DNA of 64,000 bases from the NCBI GenBank assembly GCA_020137815.1, contig CM035362.1:2294001-2358000 (forward strand). Reading direction: 5' to 3'. A program made the translations under genes and the position numbers. Positions 58,101 through 64,000 of the stretch are shown piece by piece. The stretch's first letter is position 1. Every line of letters starts with the position of its first letter. Origin of the DNA: Hormiphora californensis (taxonomy: Eukaryota > Animalia > Ctenophora). The notes beneath the pieces were generated by a model. That model ran no database searches. It was not told the origin of the DNA and saw only the letters and a program-made list of their open reading frames with translations.

Positions 58101-60179
58101 GTGTGAGCCACACAAGGGATCAGCTTGCCAAAATAATTTAACCCAATAAATGGGTCCCATCTTCCAAAGTTGGGGGCATAGTTGACCCCGTGCTAGAGTG
58201 TGACTTTGGATGATAGGCAACATGAACATACCTTATCATAATCACGGTGTTGTTGGTGGGTATGTTTCACCAGTTCTTTCAGTTGTAGCTGGTACTGGCA
58301 TATCCTCTGTACCGGCTTCAGAAGGAACCTGAGGTGATGTCGTGGTGAGAGTAGGTTACTAGGGCCGTTACTAAGGGTGGTTACTATGGTTACAATGGTG
58401 GGCGATATTGACTAGGAGCGGTTACTAGCAACTACAACTACGCTAGCAACTACAAATTACGATATATCTATCTAGACTCACCCATCTAGTTTGATGTTAT
58501 CCATATCTTGGAGGAGACGACACGATTCAAAGAAACTGCTGTATATCAGGTGTTGGGAAAGGAGGGTGAACTCTGCCAGCGCTGCACTGTGGTTGTTGCA
58601 GTACCTGGGAGAAGGGTGGTTACTAGGGTGGTTACTAGGGTGGTTAGTGGTTATTAGGGTGGTTAGTGGTTATTAGGGTGGTTAGTGGTTATTAGGGTGG
58701 TTAGTGGTTACTAGGGTGGTAAGTGGTTACTAGGGTGGTTACTAGGGTGGTTACTAGGGTGGTTAGTGGTTATTAGGGTGTATATATATATATCGGAGAG
58801 AAGGGTGAATTGCAGGAGAAAGAGAGAGTGATATGGGGAAATAAAGCCTTTCTTTATTTGAGGGATGAGGGTAGGACTACATAATATGTGTCGGTATACT
58901 CAGAAAGAAAAGTGATGAAAAGTATCAAACCTTTATAAGACGGACCTAAACCTACAAGCAATGAAACAAGATAAGGGGAGGAAAAGAAAGAGAGGAAGAA
59001 AGGTTAGGACTGTCAGCGTCTCCAAGACTGTCTTTATATGCAGTAGGTATATCATGTTAAAAAGGAAAAGGCGGTCGAGAGGTGATAAAGGCCTCGGTGT
59101 TGGTAAAATGCCAAAAACATTACTTTCCTATCTCCAAGGACATGTTGAACTTTTAAAATGTTTCTTTACAGTTTACAGAGAACCTCTCCAAATTATGCTT
59201 CCAGAAAACTCACATTTGACACATGAGCTGTCAGAAGTATTGGCCTTTGTTATGTTCTAACCCTTCTTTACGTTTGTAAAGAAGGGGCGCGCGAAACACA
59301 GTCTAGCTAGGCAAATTGGCCTGAAGGGGCGCGCGAGAACTGTGGTCAGAGCATTGGCCTGACAACACATGAGACAGTCAGTCACACTTACCGGCCGTAG
59401 ATTTCCACGAATCGGTTCTGGTTCCTGGTAAATACTTCCCCAATCTGGGAGGTGTGAATTATCCTCTCCAAACTGGACTTTAGTTGACCCAGAAAATCAA
59501 CCTGCAATTGGAAATGTTAGAACTCATAGACACACAGTTAGGTTGTTGTCTTATAAAAGACTGACGACAACCCTCTCCGAACCGGGCCTTGTCACAAGGG
59601 TCTTGTGGGGTATGATTGTAACTCGAGCTCCGTGCGGGACGTTACGATCATGTAGCATGACAATTATCAACCCACAGGAATAATTGTACTGCAAACACCG
59701 TAAATGACTGATCTGTCTTGCTTATATTTGTCCAAATATCACAAACCTGAAACTGGTAAAGTTCCTCAATGTTGCTGAATATCCTTACAATCTGCTCCTC
59801 ACTAAACAAGTCAGTCCTCAGTCGGGCTTGCTTCAGGGGGCCTGTAAATTTGTTAGTTAGAGAGGATGGTAGAAGAGAGGAAGGGGGGACATGATGTTGA
59901 ATCCGGGGGTTTTAAGCACACGACTTATCGTTTTAGGCTCTCTGTGACTAATTAGTAGATGACTAGACTAATATAATGACTGTCGTAGTAGTAGGTGCTA
60001 GTGATGAAATAAAGATGACACATCCTTGGAGATAGGGGGAGCTGGCAACTTATCATACCTTGTATAACGTCACGAAGGTTTCCAACGTAACTCTCCTCGT
60101 AATTAACTATCTCTTCAATGACTTTCTGTCGTACCCAATCAGGGTTCAGGCGGTTCCTGTTTGGTGCGGCCGCGGTCAT
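49141..60179 (-). CDS. DH-PH Rho guanine nucleotide exchange factor, collybistin/Asef (ARHGEF9/ARHGEF4/SPATA13)-like
   Basis: [112 protein letters not shown] and [13 protein letters not shown]; the last exon is 49409-49141. Confidence 0.9.
49727..54222 (+). mobile_element. I-group non-LTR retrotransposon (APE-RT-RNase H), frameshifted as assembled
   Basis: Fragments across frames: [15 protein letters not shown] and NVYCPP (APE); [22 protein letters not shown] and FADD (RT); [13 protein letters not shown] and WIPSH (RNase H); a terminal CCHC-like motif. The tail is (CAA)n, flanked by CAGCACTAAAT / CAGCAACTAAAT (probable TSD). Confidence 0.88.
54519..55345. mobile_element. Non-autonomous DNA transposon with G-rich TIRs and 8-bp TSD (superfamily uncertain, Merlin-like possible)
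   Basis: AGATTTCA|GGGGGGGTTCCGGCC ... GGCCGGCACCCCCCC|AGATTTCA, with subterminal TGAGGA/TCCTCA repeats. It splits the Penelope GIY-YIG motif. Confidence 0.88.
56755..56791 (+). ncRNA. Minimal hammerhead ribozyme motif in the inverted pLTR (second copy 49608-49643, minus strand)
   Basis: CCGATGA-A-GAGG-tagat-CCTC-GAAA-CTGG-TA: core, 4-bp stem II, GAAA, minimal near-palindromic stem III and UH. The core has C where U4 is expected. Confidence 0.6.
57939..58047. mobile_element. 109-bp hAT-type MITE, opposite orientation
   Basis: Same family as 43200-43308; exact TSD AAACGTAG. Confidence 0.88.
58614..58780. repeat. Telomere-like G-rich minisatellite in a RhoGEF intron
   Basis: Units ttactagggtgg and ttattagggtggttagtgg. 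Confidence 0.8.
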
Positions 60180-60441
60180 TCTCTGAAAATATAATAGCTG
60201 GTTAACGTATTTGGTGACCAGATTGTGATCTACCCGGACCGAGAAATGCATGTAATGAGAGACTCATGGTAAATGTGATCGGAAAGGTCTTTTAGTTGGT
60301 GAATTTATATTTTAAGACTATCAATGTGAGCTGTTGTTATAAAACATGTCCGGGTCATTACCGTTGATCCTTTCACCTCTGGCTCGTGTAATACCAGGAA
60401 CGATCTTCCATGGCATTAGGCATACCTATCGATATTCTCTA

Positions 60442-60568
<127 letters not shown>

Positions 60569-60768
60569 ACTACCCGATAAGGCTTCCACCCTCCTGATCC
60601 CACCTTATAACACACACATTGTTAGGCGATGGCTTGACGAGACAAATGCCAGGGTGGATTGTTCTAGAAGAATCGTTCAACTTGGGGAAAACAGTGCCTA
60701 TAAGTCTACTAAACTAGTCATACTGCTAGACAAACATAGTGGTTTGGGACGGAGCAAACTATACCAAT

Positions 60769-60925
60769 CTAAAGTCGGATTTTTTGAAGTTGTCACCCCA
60801 AAATGACCGTGCATGTGAAATTTATCAATTTTGACGCGCACACCACACGTTAACATGTGATGTGACGCGCAAAAACATTCCGCGCACGAGAAGGGGGGTG
60901 ACAACTTCAAAAAATCCGACTTTAG
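60769..60925. mobile_element. Small MITE with ~30-bp TIRs
   Basis: CTAAAGTCGGATTTTTTGAAGTTGTCACCC ... GGGTGACAACTTCAAAAAATCCGACTTTAG. Confidence 0.75.
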
Positions 60926-61200
60926 TATCTACTTTTTTGACAAAACTTAAAATCATTCTCGCCACCAGTGACCAGTATCTGGTAAAAGTGCTAGATCGAA
61001 TGAAGTGGGTATGAGCGGCCACTGTTTGAGTTTGATATAAAAAAGAGGAAGACTCTCGAGGGACCATGAAACATCACCGTACCTGTAAAATGGTCATTCG
61101 TCGTTCTGTTGATGGTGCCGGGAGACCTTTTAGTTCCTCTGAAGTCGCTTCGTGTGATATTCGTAACTGATGGGGAGGGGGTGTTACAAAAAACAAATAC

Positions 61201-61202
61201 AA

Positions 61203-61249
<47 letters not shown>

Positions 61250-61340
61250 AACAAACAAACAAACAAACAAACAAACAAACAAACAAACAAACAAACAAAC
61301 AAACAAACAAACAAACAAACGAACAAACAAACAACCAACC
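61201..61340. repeat. Compound (ACAG)n(ACAA)n microsatellite
   Basis: Seen directly. Confidence 0.95.
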
Positions 61341-62259
61341 AAACGCCAAACAACATACATCTGCATATTCGGTGCACACAAGTCTGCGTTTGGCGGCCCT
61401 CAGACTCCCCATCCCCTGGGTGTAGCTGACTTGGGGTATAAAGACACAGTCCTCACAACACCCACAGGATATAGGGTGGGAAGGAGGTGGTGGGGATGTA
61501 ATGGTGCTTCTTCTATAACTGTATCCCATTATTATCAGATGCTAGATCGTGTGTTTATAGTTTGTTACCCGGGCAGACAACCAAAACCGGAATGTTTCAA
61601 AATACAAAAAAGACACAAGTCTGATAAAAACGAAACAAATACACTGCTGTTGATTCTCTTTCCATTCTCTCAAGCTGCATGTCTCACACAATTGCACGTC
61701 TCCATGCTGCAGGTAGCAAAAGGGAGCCGCTGGGAATTGAAACATAGCAAGTGCAATAATATATCAGTGTGAGAGAATGTACCAATGCGATAGAGGGTGA
61801 CATTTGAAGGAATCGCATATTGACAATATGATATTGTGCACCAAATGCCAGTTGAAAGCACTTCAAATAATCCAAACGGTATGAAAAATAAAACAGACAG
61901 CATATATTAGAATAGTCGGAAAAACGATAGCAAGCAAAAAAAGATAAGACAGGGGAAGAAAAGACAAGAGAGAGATTTAGTCAGGAAAAAAAGTAAACAG
62001 TAGTACTCGAGAGAAGACCTACTGCGGGGAGTGAATTTAGTGCAATCTTAGGGGAGAGAAGAGAGACCAGTGAAAACTCGGAAAATAAACACGTGACATA
62101 TCGGGCAAACATTTAACATACTTTCTTCACGGCCTAACTCGGGACTATCTCTCTCTTGCTCTCGGCTCCAGACTTCGGCGAGCCGCTCGCTTCTCCGCGA
62201 CGTCGTCACGATCGTCGAGGGGGCCTCTCGCGTACTCTCGTACGTCTGACACACTCTTC

Positions 62260-62290
<31 letters not shown>

Positions 62291-62304
62291 TCTCTATCCT
62301 CACT

Positions 62305-62376
<72 letters not shown>

Positions 62377-63808
62377 TCTCTCTCTCCCTCTCTCTCTCCT
62401 AACAACTGTAACTGATACAGATCATACCAGAACAATGTGGAAGAAACAAAAGTAAAACAACTTCACCAGTGGAGTAACAAATGGTGAACTAACATAACCG
62501 TGAACTGACAAAAGAAAGGGACGGTTCAATAACAAACGAACAATAACCTCACTTTGTATCATACAATTAGTGCCAATTAAACAATGGTCCCAGCTATGAC
62601 TGTAAGGCCTTGTTCTGTGACTGTTGGATACAAGGTAAGCCAACTAAGCTAGATAGGTTAATTCTAGGGCCTTTAATTGATAGAAAGGCCCAATTGAAAC
62701 AGACAACACTAAGTATAAAAAGGCATCCAATTCTAATTGTATCGGTAAGGCATTCTCTAGAACAAACTGATACGGTTGCTAATTAGTTGTCTCACAAAAC
62801 TCAAAACTGCATGCCCCGAGTCCTATCGTGCGGGACGTTACAGTAATTGGACAACTTATTGGACAACTTGGGTACTCGACAGTAAAGCATTACAGGGAAT
62901 TGATTCTAACGAACTTGAAATTCTTGACTCTCATTCAACTACTCAGCCTCAGTTACAAGGGGTTGCAAATTACATCTGCAGAACGAGAGAAAAATACTAT
63001 TTTACTATTTTACTAATTAATAAGTTGGAATTCGAGCTTTCAAACGAGTTACTGCACACAGGGGTTTCTTAATGTGTAGCTCACACTGCATTTTATTTCA
63101 TAATAGAGCGAGCGTGCTATGTTAGGGTTCGGCTGTTGGCAGAGCAGGGTCTTCTTAGTAGTAAACAAGCTAAGAGCTAGGTTCATTTTGACACATAGGT
63201 CATTTTCCGAGAGGCACGTGCATGTTTGCCGGGGGAAGAAGCGAAAGAGTCCTTTGACAAACTGCTAGGTTGGATATAACGATTAGCTTAAGTTATGTCC
63301 GGGTGGTAATAGGTACTGGATAGTAGCCAACAAATGATATTGCGGATATTGAGCATAGAAGAACATTATATCCAATATCTTTCAGTTTTCTAATTCCTTT
63401 CATCTCACCGTCCTACTCCGACAAATTTATCAATTACAACTGGATACTCTGATTTCTGAACCGGATTATATGACAAAGCAAACTGAACTGGACTAACTTT
63501 ATGTGATCTGCTATCTGTGGATTTATATCTTCTCACGTATCCCCTCCCTCTCTTTATGATTATGAAACTTTATAACTCTCTCTTCTACTTTCTTAGAACT
63601 CTCTCCCTCTCTCTATCTCTCTCTCTTCCTGATTATGAAACTTTATAACTCTCTCTTCTACTTTCTTAGAACTCTCTGTCTTCACCCTAAGGTTATACTG
63701 AGATATTACGTTACAAGCATGCACAAGTATAAAACAGGACACAAAAGAAAGACCTTCAGAGAGAGAGAGGGAGGGAGGGGAAGAGAGAGAGAGAGGGAGA
63801 GAGAGAGG

Positions 63809-63944
<136 letters not shown>

Positions 63945-64000
63945 AAGAAAACAGATGCATGATTCATTGAGAACGCCACCCAGTCTACCATAAGGGTCGC

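Noticed and set aside
58614-58780. True telomere or chromosome-fusion scar
   Set aside because: The units are degenerate 12/19-mers inside an intron of an intact gene.

Overview
This is eukaryotic, intron-rich genomic DNA. It is very probably from a ctenophore (Pleurobrachia/Hormiphora-like), because 29420-29458 matches my recollection of the cydippid spliced-leader (SL) sequence. Reconstructed genes: GALNT (+, 672-9025); a small RIIa/Dpy-30-type docking-domain protein, TPI, BBS5 and a short CEP290-C-terminus-like coiled-coil protein (four closely packed minus-strand genes); an intronless tetraspanin; a two-TM BK-channel beta/TipE-like protein; SLC25A1; an inositol polyphosphate kinase whose 3' end is lost in garbled sequence; a candidate 41-aa secreted peptide; and a collybistin/Asef-like DH-PH RhoGEF. 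The strongest finding is a 1.18-kb retro-insertion in intron 2 of the kinase. It begins with an SL relic, carries an intact LINE-ORF1-like ORF with no RT, ends in a (TAAA/TAA)n tail and is flanked by a TCGTACT target duplication. Other mobile DNA includes a 1.3-kb foldback palindrome in a TPI intron, several MITE families, and a Penelope element with inverted hammerhead-bearing terminal repeats that itself contains a LINE and a TIR element, all inside one RhoGEF intron. About 33.0-40.7 kb looks like low-quality assembly. All coordinates and translations were read by eye and no searches were run.
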